Shown: positions 53,525-64,000 of the stretch, piece by piece
How the letters are laid out: every line of letters begins with the position of its first letter
Numbering within the stretch: the stretch's first letter is position 1
IMG/VR virus record: IMGVR_UViG_3300037882_001470
DNA: 64,000 bases
Source of the DNA: an uncultured virus (IMG/VR IMGVR_UViG_3300037882_001470)
Lineage: Duplodnaviria; Heunggongvirae; Uroviricota; Caudoviricetes
Direction: 5' to 3' (one strand)
Made by a program: the position numbers and the translations under genes
Notes under the pieces: model-generated
The model's database searches: none
Seen by the model: only the letters and a program-made list of their open reading frames with translations
What the model was told of the DNA's origin: nothing

Positions 53525-54055
53525 TCATCCGTCCTTGCTTATTGCGTCGATTGCCTTACGCAAGCTGGTCTCAGGCTCGGACAGGTCTTTACCTCCTGCG
53601 TGTAGCCATACGTCACCGTCTTCACATCTAATCTCGATACCGTCCGTAAACGAGTCGAGGAGGTCTACTCGTTCTTTGTCCGCTTTGAGTTCGATGTAGG
53701 GCTCTGCCTCCTCCATACATACGCAGGCATGTCTACCTTCTATACGGTTCTCTTTCCAGCCGTCTCCATTACACTCATCGCATACGCGCGCAGCCAGCTC
53801 ATCGTTAGCCGCTTTCAGACGAGCAATCTCCGCGCTCTGGTCTTTGTGTTTTTCACGATACTTCTCAAAGGCGACGATCACATCATTCTTCTCACTGACG
53901 AGCGCGTAATACTGCTCATTTTTTCGAGCAATCGTTGACCGAGCGTCATCGCGTTGTCTTTGAATATGCCGGGCGAGTTCCAGCGCTTCGTAGTAACCCG
54001 TTCCGAGCCCTCTCGGTGTCGCGGCGAACTTGTCGACATCTGAAAGCTCGCTCAT
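53525..54055 (-). CDS. Coiled-coil and CxxCxG zinc-finger protein
   Basis: CDECNGDG...C.C; DKERVD.L...LRKAIDA. Confidence 0.75.
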   Translation of the reverse strand: MSELSDVDKFAATPRGLGTGYYEALELARHIQRQRDDARSTIARKNEQYYALVSEKNDVIVAFEKYREKHKDQSAEIARLKAANDELAARVCDECNGDGWKENRIEGRHACVCMEEAEPYIELKADKERVDLLDSFTDGIEIRCEDGDVWLHAGGKDLSEPETSLRKAIDAISKDG

Positions 54056-54254
54056 ACTTTGAGTCCTATAACGCTAGCCAAGGCTTCTAGCTTTTGCTGC
54101 CACGTTGCGTCTACCGCCTCGAACACGTGTCCACAGATGTGCTCTAGCATTATTACGTATTGGTTGTAACGTGAATTGTCCAAACGCACCGGGGACTTCA
54201 ACGTCTGAACCGCCACCATGCACAGCCAATGGAGCTCCATTAAATCATTTACGT

Positions 54255-54767
54255 TCATCGAGGTTCCAGATGCTTCAAGGATGCATGAATTACGTTGGCT
54301 TTACGAACCATGCGCGTAAATGCTTCATCGCCCCATTTTACAATTACGAACCCGTAAAGGTTGTCGTTAGGATTTATAAACACGCGATCTATTGTGCCTG
54401 TAAGTTCTGCGGAAGCCGCAGAGTAGTCGTTGATGTTACTAAGAAACCGCGCAGAATAACAGACCTTGTCGCCTACTTGGAATTCTCCGTTTACGAGTTT
54501 ACGTGGAGGTTCGGGAGGTAGGACCACTGTTGAAGCAGACTCCCATACGAACAACCCTTCTAGGACAGCCCAGCCTGGGTCGCCTTCTACGAATACCAGC
54601 TTCGGCTCATACCCTTGGAGTTCTGCCTGTGCGAGTGCTGTCGCCTCGTAAGCACCTTCAGCTTTTTGAGGCTCTGTGCATTCAATTTTAACGAAGTAGA
54701 AGTCCGACTCCCCATTAGAATTGCGTGCCGCTACGACGCATTTTACGATTACGTGTTGAGTGTCCAT
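54255..54767 (-). CDS. Two-domain hypothetical protein with SH3-like C-terminus
   Basis: FQVGDKVCY...VKW...KHLEP. Confidence 0.75.
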   Translation of the reverse strand: MDTQHVIVKCVVAARNSNGESDFYFVKIECTEPQKAEGAYEATALAQAELQGYEPKLVFVEGDPGWAVLEGLFVWESASTVVLPPEPPRKLVNGEFQVGDKVCYSARFLSNINDYSAASAELTGTIDRVFINPNDNLYGFVIVKWGDEAFTRMVRKANVIHASLKHLEPR

Positions 54768-54775
54768 CGATATCG

Positions 54776-55066
54776 TTAGTCTAGGCGTATAGTTCCGCCT
54801 TTAAGCCACCCCGAAGTAACGGTGCCGGTGACAGCCTCTCCGCTGGGGCTTGTAGCCGAGAAGCCTGTCGAGAATACATCTTCCTCTGACTTTGCGAATG
54901 GTCTCCAACCAGTGATCTCGATGTTTTTGTAGCCCTGCTGTTGCAGGATGCGTGTTGTGTCGTTCGGGCGTGTGCAGGCCGATGGCATCCACCAGATCAG
55001 TCCGCAAATTGCGAAGAAGATAGCGAGGTAGGTCGCAATATTTCCAAGTAGTTTCAGTGTTTTCAT
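54776..55066 (-). CDS. Membrane-anchored or lipoprotein phage protein
   Basis: Hydrophobic N-terminus, SAC, L..QGY..IEITG...STGF.A...G..V.G.V..G..KG.TIR. Confidence 0.75.
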   Translation of the reverse strand: MKTLKLLGNIATYLAIFFAICGLIWWMPSACTRPNDTTRILQQQGYKNIEITGWRPFAKSEEDVFSTGFSATSPSGEAVTGTVTSGWLKGGTIRLD

Positions 55067-55425
55067 AAAGTTGTGTCCGAGGGATAAATACGTAGTTTAT
55101 TCTTCACCATTAGAAAAGCGCGAAGAAGCGTTTCGTCGGAAGCCGTCATCAAATCAAACGTGTCACACCGGGAGGAGTCGCACACGATGTTGTCGATGGT
55201 GCGTACGAAGTAAACGAGCACACGTTGTTCTTCTACATCCAAAAGCTTCAGCAGTCGCAGGACGTCCTTATGGTTGTCGTGATACCGTGGGACACCTTGA
55301 TGTTCCAGGTGCCCCGGCGGGATTCCGCATGGGATTCCTTCTATCGCGTGAGGTTCGGTCCAACCTTCGCACTCCGCCGCCATCAGTCGGAGCTCAGCTA
55401 TTGTAACCTCTGAGTTATTTCTCAT
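55063..55425 (-). CDS. Phage ABA-sandwich-like family member
   Basis: AECEGW...VPRY...LMTAS...RAFL.VK. Confidence 0.6.
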   Translation of the reverse strand: MRNNSEVTIAELRLMAAECEGWTEPHAIEGIPCGIPPGHLEHQGVPRYHDNHKDVLRLLKLLDVEEQRVLVYFVRTIDNIVCDSSRCDTFDLMTASDETLLRAFLMVKNKLRIYPSDTTL

Positions 55426-58400
55426 GATTCTTTGCGGTCTGCGTCGTCCAACAGCTTCGCAAATTGCAGCAGCTCCCCCTCGGCTCTCGCTAGGTTGTTC
55501 TTCGCTTTAGTCAGTTCCTGCACGAGGTCGCGGAAGCTGTTTACCTTTCGAGCAGACTTCCACAACTTTCCTTTGTAATACATTCCGATATAACGCCACT
55601 CCTCCAGCGTTCCGAGGTGCTTACCGGCTGCGCAGGCTTCGGTCAGCTCTATTACGCGCGCCGACGTTACCTTTAAAGTTGCAGGTTGCTTCTTTGTCAT
55701 GATTTTATTGTTGCTATAACTCTTCCGGACCGGGCTTGTGATTAAATACTGCCTCAGCGATTAAGTTACGGAACACGATCTCCAGATGTCGTGGAGTATC
55801 TGAGCCAGTTTCGACGGTCATACCTTTAAGTATTTTTGGGTATTTGCTTTCCCCAACGCGTTGCAACGTAACTTCGTGTTGACCAATAGTAATAATTGGC
55901 GATGTGTCGTCGTGGGTGAACTTTACTTTACCAACGACATGCGGCCACTCTTTTCGTGCGACGTAGGCGATGTTCAAAAGCGGTTGCCAGAATTGGAAAG
56001 TCTCGGACCACCGGGCCTGTTTCTCTGCCATTGCATCTTCAAGCTTTTTAACTTGGGCCTTTATCAAAGCAATACTACGTTCTGCAAGTTCCTTGGCGTT
56101 GAGCGCCTGTAGCTCGCTTACATGATATACTGCGTAGCTTCCATCCGAGTCGTGAGTGACGTGAAACACGAAGCCTCCTACCTCGGACTCTACAGCCCCA
56201 ACAACGCCTTCTACACGATTTTCCTGATATGGTATCGCCGATATATTAATTGTCGGTATTAAACGTGCGTCGCAGAGTCCTACCGTCCTTACAATTGTTC
56301 CTGATTTTATTTCCATGATTTACTATTCTGTTGTTTTCGTGACCAACTCCGGTATCAGCCCGGAGAAGTCCGCGCGCTTGATCGAGTTGACCAAGAAGTC
56401 GATGTGAAACGTTGATAGCACTTTTTGAGCTTCCTCCATACTGCCCACTGGTTTTGAAAACACCACGGCGTTCCCGATGCGTGCTTCTGCCCTCGGCGAT
56501 TGGGGAACGTTTTCAACGTAATGGTAAGTCGGTATCAAAGATAGCTCCGGTTCTGGACTTTCGACTACAGCCGGGGTCACGGCTTCGAGCATCAGTTTCA
56601 GTCGAATACGAAGTCGTGTCAGTGCATCGGACTTTGCCTCATCCGCGGTTTTCGCCGTATGCAATACGCCGCCTACAACACCAAGCTGTGGGCAACTCAT
56701 CACCCACTTACCTGGACGGTCTTTGTCCCAACACGTGACGACAACTTTTACCCATTGGTCTTCCAGTAACCACGTCACTCCATTTAGCTCTCGCCAGTTT
56801 GTTTTCATTTATTGTCTATTTGGAAACTCTCTCATCGCGATCTCCAGCGCCTCCCAGAAATTCGGATGATGATACGAACGAGATCCAGTCCCGTTCATTG
56901 GGTTCATACTTATAAACCATTCGCGTGGGTATACTGAGCACCCATTCTCGACGGAGATCGGTTTCTGCTTTAACATCCATGCGATAAGTTCGTCCTGCCG
57001 TTGTTTTGTCGGGGTGGTGGTCCCCCCGTTGCTATCTATGTTCATGCTTATTTGTCCTACAATTGTTTTGCGCCTTCTGCAGCTTTTTTCAGGAACAGTG
57101 CGTAATTCCTGAAACTCGCGAGGCCTATCTGTGGTATTCTTTCGGTGGGATGGCTATGTGCATACCATTTAACCACCCCGTCTTCACGTAAACACTCCGC
57201 GCTAAATCCTTCAGCAGTCGCTTCAAATATAACCCTGCGAGGGTTAATCCATCGTGTTGTAATTTTCATTCTGATTTACACAACTCTCATACTGTCTAGT
57301 CGGGTTTACACAAGTGATCCACGAACCCGGCCAACACGAACCGAATGCTCGTAATCGCGTCGTCGCCTTTTTCGCGTGACACTTTCAACAGCGCTAGTGC
57401 GTCCATCATTACAGCGTCGGACGCAAGGAGCTCCTTCATGTGTTCTAGCATCGGCGTGCGCATTGCCGCCTCCAATTGCTCCGCGGCGTTGGCTTGCCAC
57501 ACGATGATACACGCACCTTCTGCCTGGTGAGCACTTTGGATAGCTCCAGTGGTCATCACCGCTTCTACGATTGAGTCTCCGAATGATTTCATACCTTGTG
57601 ATTCTTTTTGTTAATCTTTAATATACGCCCGTTGCCCGTATACCTCGCGTAATGCTTCGCAAACTTTGCAGCCTCGTGAGACATTGCGCATAGTTCGAGC
57701 ATTGCAAAGTCACTCGCATCCAACGCAAGTTTGTTACCGTCAACTGGAAGTGTATCAATCGACCTTCGAATACTTTCAAACACTTCCGCGGCTACTTCGT
57801 ATGGCCCAACATCGATGATATAGTGGGGCTCATTCGTCTTGCGCCCCTTTTCTCTAGCGGCGCAGTAATCAGCATGCGTTCCCCCATCTTTACCGTTTGT
57901 CCAATTACGCCCACATGAATGGCATTCAAACTTCGGCCTGTCACAATCCAGCGGCACGCGCTCCATTCGTATGTCGTGTGACTTACATCTATCACACCGC
58001 GGCGTTGACTCCGTAGTCACAGCAGGTTTAATCGGCATGGCTAGCTTCCGCGACGACCGTTGGTATATCCGTTGTCCACGTTCCGTTGTTTACGTCGGGC
58101 ATAGAATCACGTGTGCTGTCTGATCTCCGGCGCGTTTAAACCGCCGTGCCGTCTTCTCCGCCTCGCTGGCGGGCATTGCGTCTGTAAACCTTCCTCCTTT
58201 GTAGGAGACCGCACATTGTGCGTCTTTGCGATGCGTTGGCATCGATACTTCAATTTTCATGATTCTGTTGTTCTCTTTTACTTATCGCTTCTAATACTTC
58301 CTTGTGGCGCCGATCTGCTGCGTGTTCTGTTAAGACGAATAGAATCAGTATAGCCAGCATTATACCCATGAATATGACGAGCATATTCGACGTGACCTTG

Positions 58401-58656
58401 TTGTATTGTTCTTCCGTCATATTACCCGACTTTCAGTTTACGTCTCGGAGTCAAAAGAAACCCTTTACCGTCTTTCGGTAGAGTAGCTCCAAGTCTCACA
58501 CCGTCCGGGTCAAATGTTCGAACCCACAGCGCGCGTGCATTAGGTGCTCCTACGTGTTTGATTTCAGTGGTCACCCGCCAATTCCCCGGCGACGTCTCCA
58601 CCAGCTTCGGCTTCTCGTCTGATTTGAATGTTATTTCAAGTGTCGTTCTCATTTTA

Positions 58657-59160
58657 CTACGCGTTTACCTGCGCCAACAGCTCTTCGGCCTGCGTTATAG
58701 CGCCTTGTATGGCCTCGCTACGTCCATTAAACGTTTCCGCAACTATCACCAAGTTACGAAGAATTCGCAACAGATTCGGAATGTCGACTTCCGGGTCGTT
58801 CAACTCCGAGCACGCATTCACACATGATTTGATTCGAGGGATCACTTCTTTATCGAGTGGGACTGACTTGTTTATATCGCTACCGCCTGCGTAGTTGATT
58901 ACAATCGATAGCTCCCGGACTTGGTCATTTAATCCGGACGCAACCAATGTTCGATTATAATTCCCGTGAGTTGTCAGCCTCATCTTCGTCGGAGGTGTGA
59001 CTGGCTCCTCGCACGGCCCGAATCGCCCACGGGCCTGCGCAATTGTTTCTTCCTTGTCGAACGAACCATACTGCCAATCAACCAATATACTACCATCTGG
59101 GTGCGTGATCTTATACACCCATTGAAAATTACCGTCCTGTTTTAGAATGAGTTTGTTCAT
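58657..59160 (-). CDS. Hypothetical protein
   Basis: RI..CVNAC module; coupled start. Confidence 0.75.
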   Translation of the reverse strand: MNKLILKQDGNFQWVYKITHPDGSILVDWQYGSFDKEETIAQARGRFGPCEEPVTPPTKMRLTTHGNYNRTLVASGLNDQVRELSIVINYAGGSDINKSVPLDKEVIPRIKSCVNACSELNDPEVDIPNLLRILRNLVIVAETFNGRSEAIQGAITQAEELLAQVNA

Positions 59161-59553
59161 TGCGCTAGACTCGGCCATGTTTTAAGTAGCCGTGCACGTA
59201 TCTCGTCGACAGTTCCCAGAGTGTTGCCAGTCTCCGTGTAGGGGCCCTCCCCGCACCGGTGAACGACTAATGCCCCATCGAACTTAGAGAGCCACTCATA
59301 CTGCGCTTTGTCCCAATCGCGTTGTGTCATCCAGTCCTGACACGTCAATGTCCGCCCGTCTGGCACTGCGGTGTATCGCCCGTATTGTGAGTTCCATCCG
59401 CAGAAGTCGTGCGCGATAAATTTTGTGTCTGTCGTTTCAGAGTTTTCCATATTGGTTACCAGAACCCGATCCACCGGCGTTCCCATCCGCATCCCATGCC
59501 TTTCATGACATGCACTAATTCGTATCTGTTTTTAGGGGTGTAAATAGTTGGTC

Positions 59554-60078
59554 TCATTGTTTCTCTTGTAGTCTTTTCGCGCAGGCCATGGCTTCATCTT
59601 TTGTGTATTGAAAGCCGTAACATCCGCACAAGCTTTCCAGGACTTCACCGCTGTCGTCCTCGATTGAATACTCCCATACGTCTCCAGAGACGTATTGATT
59701 CCATATCGCAATCTCGGACTTTGCGCGATCACGAGCCTCGGTCTCCTTATAATCCTTCTTACAGACGAACACAAACCCGAGCCGGGAGACATCCCATTGC
59801 CGATCTGGGAAGTTCCCTTCTCCGGCGAGTGCCAGAACTACACCGCCGTGGATGTATGCCTCCAGTGGAAATACCCAATGTGTCTTCTTGTAGCGCTTTA
59901 TCAGTTCTCCTGCGTCTTCGGGACAGCGCTTTTGTCCAGGCTCTGTGACGTAAAAGTCGCTGTGATTAGCGACAATGAACACATCCTTATTCCCCCATTG
60001 TCTCGGGGACTCTGCGTTCTCGTCCTGTTCGATCTTTACGGTGAAAGGGCCTACTTTGAATTCTTTCTCTTCACTCAT
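59554..60078 (-). CDS. Phage hypothetical protein
   Basis: SPR.W...PL.AY.HGGV.L...WD....GF...Y..GDVW...SLCG.YG motif. Confidence 0.8.
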   Translation of the reverse strand: MSEEKEFKVGPFTVKIEQDENAESPRQWGNKDVFIVANHSDFYVTEPGQKRCPEDAGELIKRYKKTHWVFPLEAYIHGGVVLALAGEGNFPDRQWDVSRLGFVFVCKKDYKETEARDRAKSEIAIWNQYVSGDVWEYSIEDDSGEVLESLCGCYGFQYTKDEAMACAKRLQEKQ

Positions 60079-60612
60079 TGCTTCCAGCCTCCGAGCCTCA
60101 ACACGATACCTTCGAGAATCGTCGTCCACTGCCTTTCTGATTTCATCGGACGTTCGGCCAGTTCTTTTAGGACTGCATCGGATTCTACCCCATTGTATCC
60201 CAACACTGTGTTCTGCGCTAGAAAGCACGCCATCTGATACGACACACATTGTAAGTAGTCTTCTCGTTCTACTTCTCCTATAGGCCACGCCTCCTCATCG
60301 TCGATATGCTCTTGTGCGTAGTGGCAGGCTTTAGCCATAAAGCTTAAAAGGTTCATGGTTTCGATGGCATAAAATGCACGCTCTCGAAGTGCCCCACAAT
60401 AACTCCGTCCAATTCAACCGTAGTTCCATCTGGCAACCTTCCAACCTCTTCGTTGCAGTTGCGCAGTGAATAGAGACACCTGTTCAAGTCCTCGCCCGGT
60501 CCGTCCGGTATTGCGGCGTCGTCAATACCAACCCGCTCACATAGAAGTGTCTTAGCTTCAGCGTCCCAGTTCTCGACTGGTGCGTAGATTAATCCGCCCT
60601 CTCTAATCAGTT

Positions 60613-61137
60613 TCAAAGCCATGACTTTGGTGTTATTGCAATACGCACGTGCTCTGGAAACTTCGCAATACGTGCTTCGTTAATCGCGGCGTAATCGTAA
60701 CCTTCAATCTGTGTATCCTCCCAAGTCAATAGCCACAAGAACGGTCTTACTTTCCATTGCTCCAGAATCGTTCCTGATTCCCGAAGCGCGTCTAAGAAAC
60801 GTTGTAGGCCCTGCCTCACATCTTTGCGAACATCATACACAAGCCCGATGTCGGTGTCTTTACAACCGAAGCTACACTCCGGCAAGATCTCGTATGACCT
60901 CGCGTCGTCGGATCGTTTCTGATAATTTAGATACACAGACGTTTTGTCTATCTTCTTACCGTTGTAGCTGTATGTAAACAGCAGCACTCCCTGCCGCCAT
61001 AGAACCCACAGCTTGTCTTTCGTGGAGGCAATGACTTCTTCAAGAATAAGCTCGAACCCCAATTCCAACAATACGTCCAGATACTCATCTATTGACTGTG
61101 TGCTCGCGTCAATGTCGCGATGTTGTTCAGAACTCAT
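60613..61137 (-). CDS. Hypothetical protein
   Basis: 174-aa ORF. Confidence 0.8.
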   Translation of the reverse strand: MSSEQHRDIDASTQSIDEYLDVLLELGFELILEEVIASTKDKLWVLWRQGVLLFTYSYNGKKIDKTSVYLNYQKRSDDARSYEILPECSFGCKDTDIGLVYDVRKDVRQGLQRFLDALRESGTILEQWKVRPFLWLLTWEDTQIEGYDYAAINEARIAKFPEHVRIAITPKSWL

Positions 61138-61966
61138 GTTTTGTCCTTTCTAAAATATACCCACTAGCGTTGCATCTTCCGCAATTTATTCCACCCGGAA
61201 GGACTCTACGTGCGTTGCACTTGGGGCAAGGCTTCTTCTCCTCTATAATCAAGACGCGCTTGCCGGACTCCACAGAGAACACCGGGTAAGGTGCTTCGTC
61301 GTTGTCAAAGAAATCGTGCCCGAGGCAGAAGACCTTCGGAAACCCTGCATTCTCTGCGGCGCGCTCGTATAGAACGTTGCCCGCGCGTAGGCGCGGCTCC
61401 AGCACTGGGTTCCATTCGAAGTGGTTGTTCAGGTTGCCGGCGCCGGGCACGCATGGAGAGCAGAATTGCGCATACGTGTAATATGGAGATTTAATTACGA
61501 ACACATCTGTTCGCAGGCAATCTTGAAGGATGTAGCCGTCCTCCTCCCATCGCCATTCGTTCTCACCCCCGTGGTCGTAACGATCGTTGAACGCCTGCTC
61601 TACGATTTCCCACAGAGCGTCGGAATCCTCTTCGCTCGGCTTTCCTTTTTTGACAACGCCGCGCCATACCTCTAGCAAGTCCTCGAAGTGCGCCTTTAAC
61701 GCGCGCTCTCCAAAGTTCTGTCGGATGTGTAATTCGCGCACTACCCGATCCTTATTCGCTGCGAACGTTGCAATCAGTGAGAGCTTCGCTTCCTTGACTG
61801 CTGCCTCGTAACTGAGGTCCTTCGCGTTGGCGTGAATCTCTGACATGACGTCGGGCTGAATCGTATTCTGGCTGATCACCCCGTAACGTATGTCCTTTTC
61901 AATATCCCGATTAACGGTGCTTCCGGGATGGCTGTAATCTATACCGACGTATTGTGGTTCACTCAT
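61127..61966 (-). CDS. Phage hypothetical protein with C-terminal zinc finger
   Basis: IRYGVI, KSPYYT...CSPCVPGAG.L and CPKC...CGRC..SG motifs. Confidence 0.8.
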   Translation of the reverse strand: MSEPQYVGIDYSHPGSTVNRDIEKDIRYGVISQNTIQPDVMSEIHANAKDLSYEAAVKEAKLSLIATFAANKDRVVRELHIRQNFGERALKAHFEDLLEVWRGVVKKGKPSEEDSDALWEIVEQAFNDRYDHGGENEWRWEEDGYILQDCLRTDVFVIKSPYYTYAQFCSPCVPGAGNLNNHFEWNPVLEPRLRAGNVLYERAAENAGFPKVFCLGHDFFDNDEAPYPVFSVESGKRVLIIEEKKPCPKCNARRVLPGGINCGRCNASGYILERTKHEF

Positions 61967-62661
61967 TGTGTAGATTTTTCGTGGGTCACAAGATCGCCCG
62001 CGGCTATCCCGTTTATCATCTCCAGACGCTGGGAGGCCCATAGGCAGTATCTGGCCATAGCGGCTTGCTCGTCACCGGTCCATGTCCATTCGTGTGGGCT
62101 ACAAGTTACCCACATCGCTGACTCCACTACCTTCTGTCTAGCCTCTATGGGCATATTGACTTGCGTGAATCCATGCCCCAACTTCACTAGTTGCGATGGA
62201 TCATTTTCTTTAGCTGCCACTTCCCGCGATGGCTCCGCTCTTTGTGAGGCGAGATCCATCAAGTCCTCCATCATCGATAGTCCCTTCGCACACAGGTAGG
62301 CGTCCAGATGCATTTCAACCGTAGCATCCATTACTAAAAAACATTCCTGCGCGGTTTCCGGGGCGTATGCTGCTTTAAGCGTAATCTGTAACAGAAACCG
62401 CGCATACGATTCTTTCTCGGAATCAGTCAGTCGTTCTCGCGCCGACGCCATCGCGTCGAGTGACTCGTTATACGCCGGGACAAATCCGTGAATACCTTTG
62501 GAGTTTTGAAGAACTGGATTTTTCTTGAAAGGCCAGTCGCCCAGCTTTCGCCAGCCCATCATCCCAGTGACGTGATTCGTAAGGTCCGTCCATCCATCCG
62601 CTCTCGCACATAGGGTCATCTTTTCTTCGGGCTTTAATTCGGTTAGTGTTTTAACTCTCAT
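61963..62661 (-). CDS. ABA-sandwich-like domain fusion protein
   Basis: A.ADGW...VPAYNESLDAM..A...L...VMDAT....DAYL.AKG. Confidence 0.65.
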   Translation of the reverse strand: MRVKTLTELKPEEKMTLCARADGWTDLTNHVTGMMGWRKLGDWPFKKNPVLQNSKGIHGFVPAYNESLDAMASARERLTDSEKESYARFLLQITLKAAYAPETAQECFLVMDATVEMHLDAYLCAKGLSMMEDLMDLASQRAEPSREVAAKENDPSQLVKLGHGFTQVNMPIEARQKVVESAMWVTCSPHEWTWTGDEQAAMARYCLWASQRLEMINGIAAGDLVTHEKSTQ

Positions 62662-63140
62662 GATGTCTTTGCTTTACTGGCGTCATCGGCAAACATCCGA
62701 TTTGCAGCGTTCAACGCCGATGTGTCGGATTTGTAGTGGTAAGATTTACCAATCAATAACGGCATGTGGGTAGCGTTAAAGACCTGCCAACTTCTCGTCA
62801 GTCTATTCCATCTTACCCATGTTCGGTGTTCGGCGTTATACCAGAAGTATGGCTTACCTCCGGTTGTTGTGGTTGGACATTTCAACCAACCGTCCAGATT
62901 GGGTTTACTCATCGCTCCTCCAGATAACACCGCCGCGCGCTTTCAAGCGCCTCCTCGAACGTTGACTCACGCGTAGCTTGCTCCCGATCTGCCAAGTGCA
63001 TTAGGTCGCACAGCATATCTTGCAGGTCCGCGCCGTCCGGGCGTTCTGTGCCGATATATGCGTTTAATGCTCTCTGTGCACGATCCGCCCTGTCGCCGTT
63101 GGTCGTCCCACTAAAGCCTGCGTCTCTACGCGGACGGAAC

Positions 63141-63677
63141 TTAAACTTTTGGTTGCCGGTCATAAGATTGCCATAGCTCAACAAGTCCGCATGTGCATTC
63201 CTCATGCGCCGAGCAGTCCTCTTTATGTCGTGAGTATTTTCGCAGTTCCTCTATGTGCGTCACGCTGTGCAATGCTGCGCCTACAAGCGCACAGGCCTCG
63301 GCAAAGTCGCCACATACTTTCTCGGCGTAGGAACGCATCACCGCTTCGAATTCCGGCGGTGAATACGTTGCCAGGAACTTCAATGTCGCGAGCTCCATTT
63401 TGGTGTTTTGACATAGCGCCTTTCGAACCACATGAACTTGCGCCTCTGCGTCACTATTAAATATGTCGGATTCCTCAATAGCTTGAAGTTCAAATGGTCG
63501 ATACCCATACGGCTCGCCGTTTACGATCTGTTCAGTAACCGATTTGTCGTCTGGGTCACGACCTGTGCTGAATATCTCCCAGCCATCACGTATTGCGTCT
63601 GTATTGAATTGCGTGTGCCACTCAGCGATTGCTTCTTCTGGTGTTCTCACTTTTTGTTTACGTTTAGCGGGGTTCAT
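63141..63677 (-). CDS. Hypothetical protein
   Basis: 178-aa ORF. Confidence 0.8.
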   Translation of the reverse strand: MNPAKRKQKVRTPEEAIAEWHTQFNTDAIRDGWEIFSTGRDPDDKSVTEQIVNGEPYGYRPFELQAIEESDIFNSDAEAQVHVVRKALCQNTKMELATLKFLATYSPPEFEAVMRSYAEKVCGDFAEACALVGAALHSVTHIEELRKYSRHKEDCSAHEECTCGLVELWQSYDRQPKV

Positions 63678-64000
63678 TCAGTAACCTCCACGCAGCTATC
63701 CGTGACTTCCGTATATCTCTCCTGAACGTCCGGGCCTGTCACGGAAACGTCGAACTCTTCATGTGCTTTCTCGCACGCTTCTTTATCGTTCTCTGCTGAC
63801 ACCCGCACCGTCTTCGTGACCGTTGCGGTAATTGTTACATCGAATGTTCTCATTGTTGTATTTTTGGTTTCACCCATTTGTAATTCACGTCGACACGCAA
63901 TGTAAGCCACTTCGTGAATACGTGTTTTCTCGGCACCGCAGTGCCGGCGTTTAACTCGACGATCTCGCCTTTCTTATAAGCTTTACAGTCTTGCATTATT

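Larger units (their letters stand above)
1..64000 (-). other. Large/jumbo phage accessory gene array
   Basis: Essentially all credible ORFs are on the minus strand, small and overlapping. Many carry motifs typical of phage hypothetical proteins, there is one tRNA, and no host housekeeping operon is present. Confidence 0.85.

Noticed and set aside
53788..53810. GTTAGCC with attC-like upstream context
   Set aside because: No left arm and no matching GGCTAAC nearby.
55698..56323. 10-bp CATGATTTTA at adjacent gene starts
   Set aside because: Better explained as a preferred A-rich translation-initiation context.
59553..60084. 10/11-nt junction similarity around 59554-60078
   Set aside because: Too short once the ATGA constraint is discounted.
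553..63725. All plus-strand ORFs in the track
   Set aside because: They are antisense shadows of tightly tiled minus-strand genes, with no recognisable motifs.
1..64000. Stop-codon reassignment
   Set aside because: TAA, TAG and TGA all end genes at coupled junctions and coding density is already near complete. Internal stops are isolated.
1..64000. CRISPR array, DGR, integrase or transposase
   Set aside because: I saw no regularly spaced repeats, no reverse transcriptase or adenine-specific TR/VR pair, and no recombinase motifs.

Overview
This window looks like the accessory (probably early-expressed) region of a large, probably jumbo, dsDNA bacteriophage. It holds roughly 150 mostly small genes, all on the minus strand, packed with ATGA/TAATG-type overlaps and with few clear Shine-Dalgarno motifs. 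No capsid, terminase, polymerase or integrase gene was recognised. Recognisable products are DUF262, DUF1653, two DUF3307, BtpA/SgcQ, an ABC-type ATPase, a BCS1-like AAA+ ATPase, an HD hydrolase, DUF6527, a signal-peptide-bearing fibre-like protein with a YjiK-type propeller, and a tRNA(CAT). Main findings: (1) a 258-bp integron-type cassette with a well-formed attC (43498-43588) is inserted in frame and antisense inside a phage gene, adding a KOW/SH3-like domain, with the attC itself translated as a linker; (2) five single genes are flanked by direct repeats that duplicate the gene junction, suggesting gene-by-gene accretion through circular intermediates; (3) a multi-hairpin putative ncRNA lies directly 5' of the tRNA; (4) there are dispersed paralogous modules and several broken genes. 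Family assignments come from motif recognition by eye, not database searches. Not every small hypothetical gene is listed.
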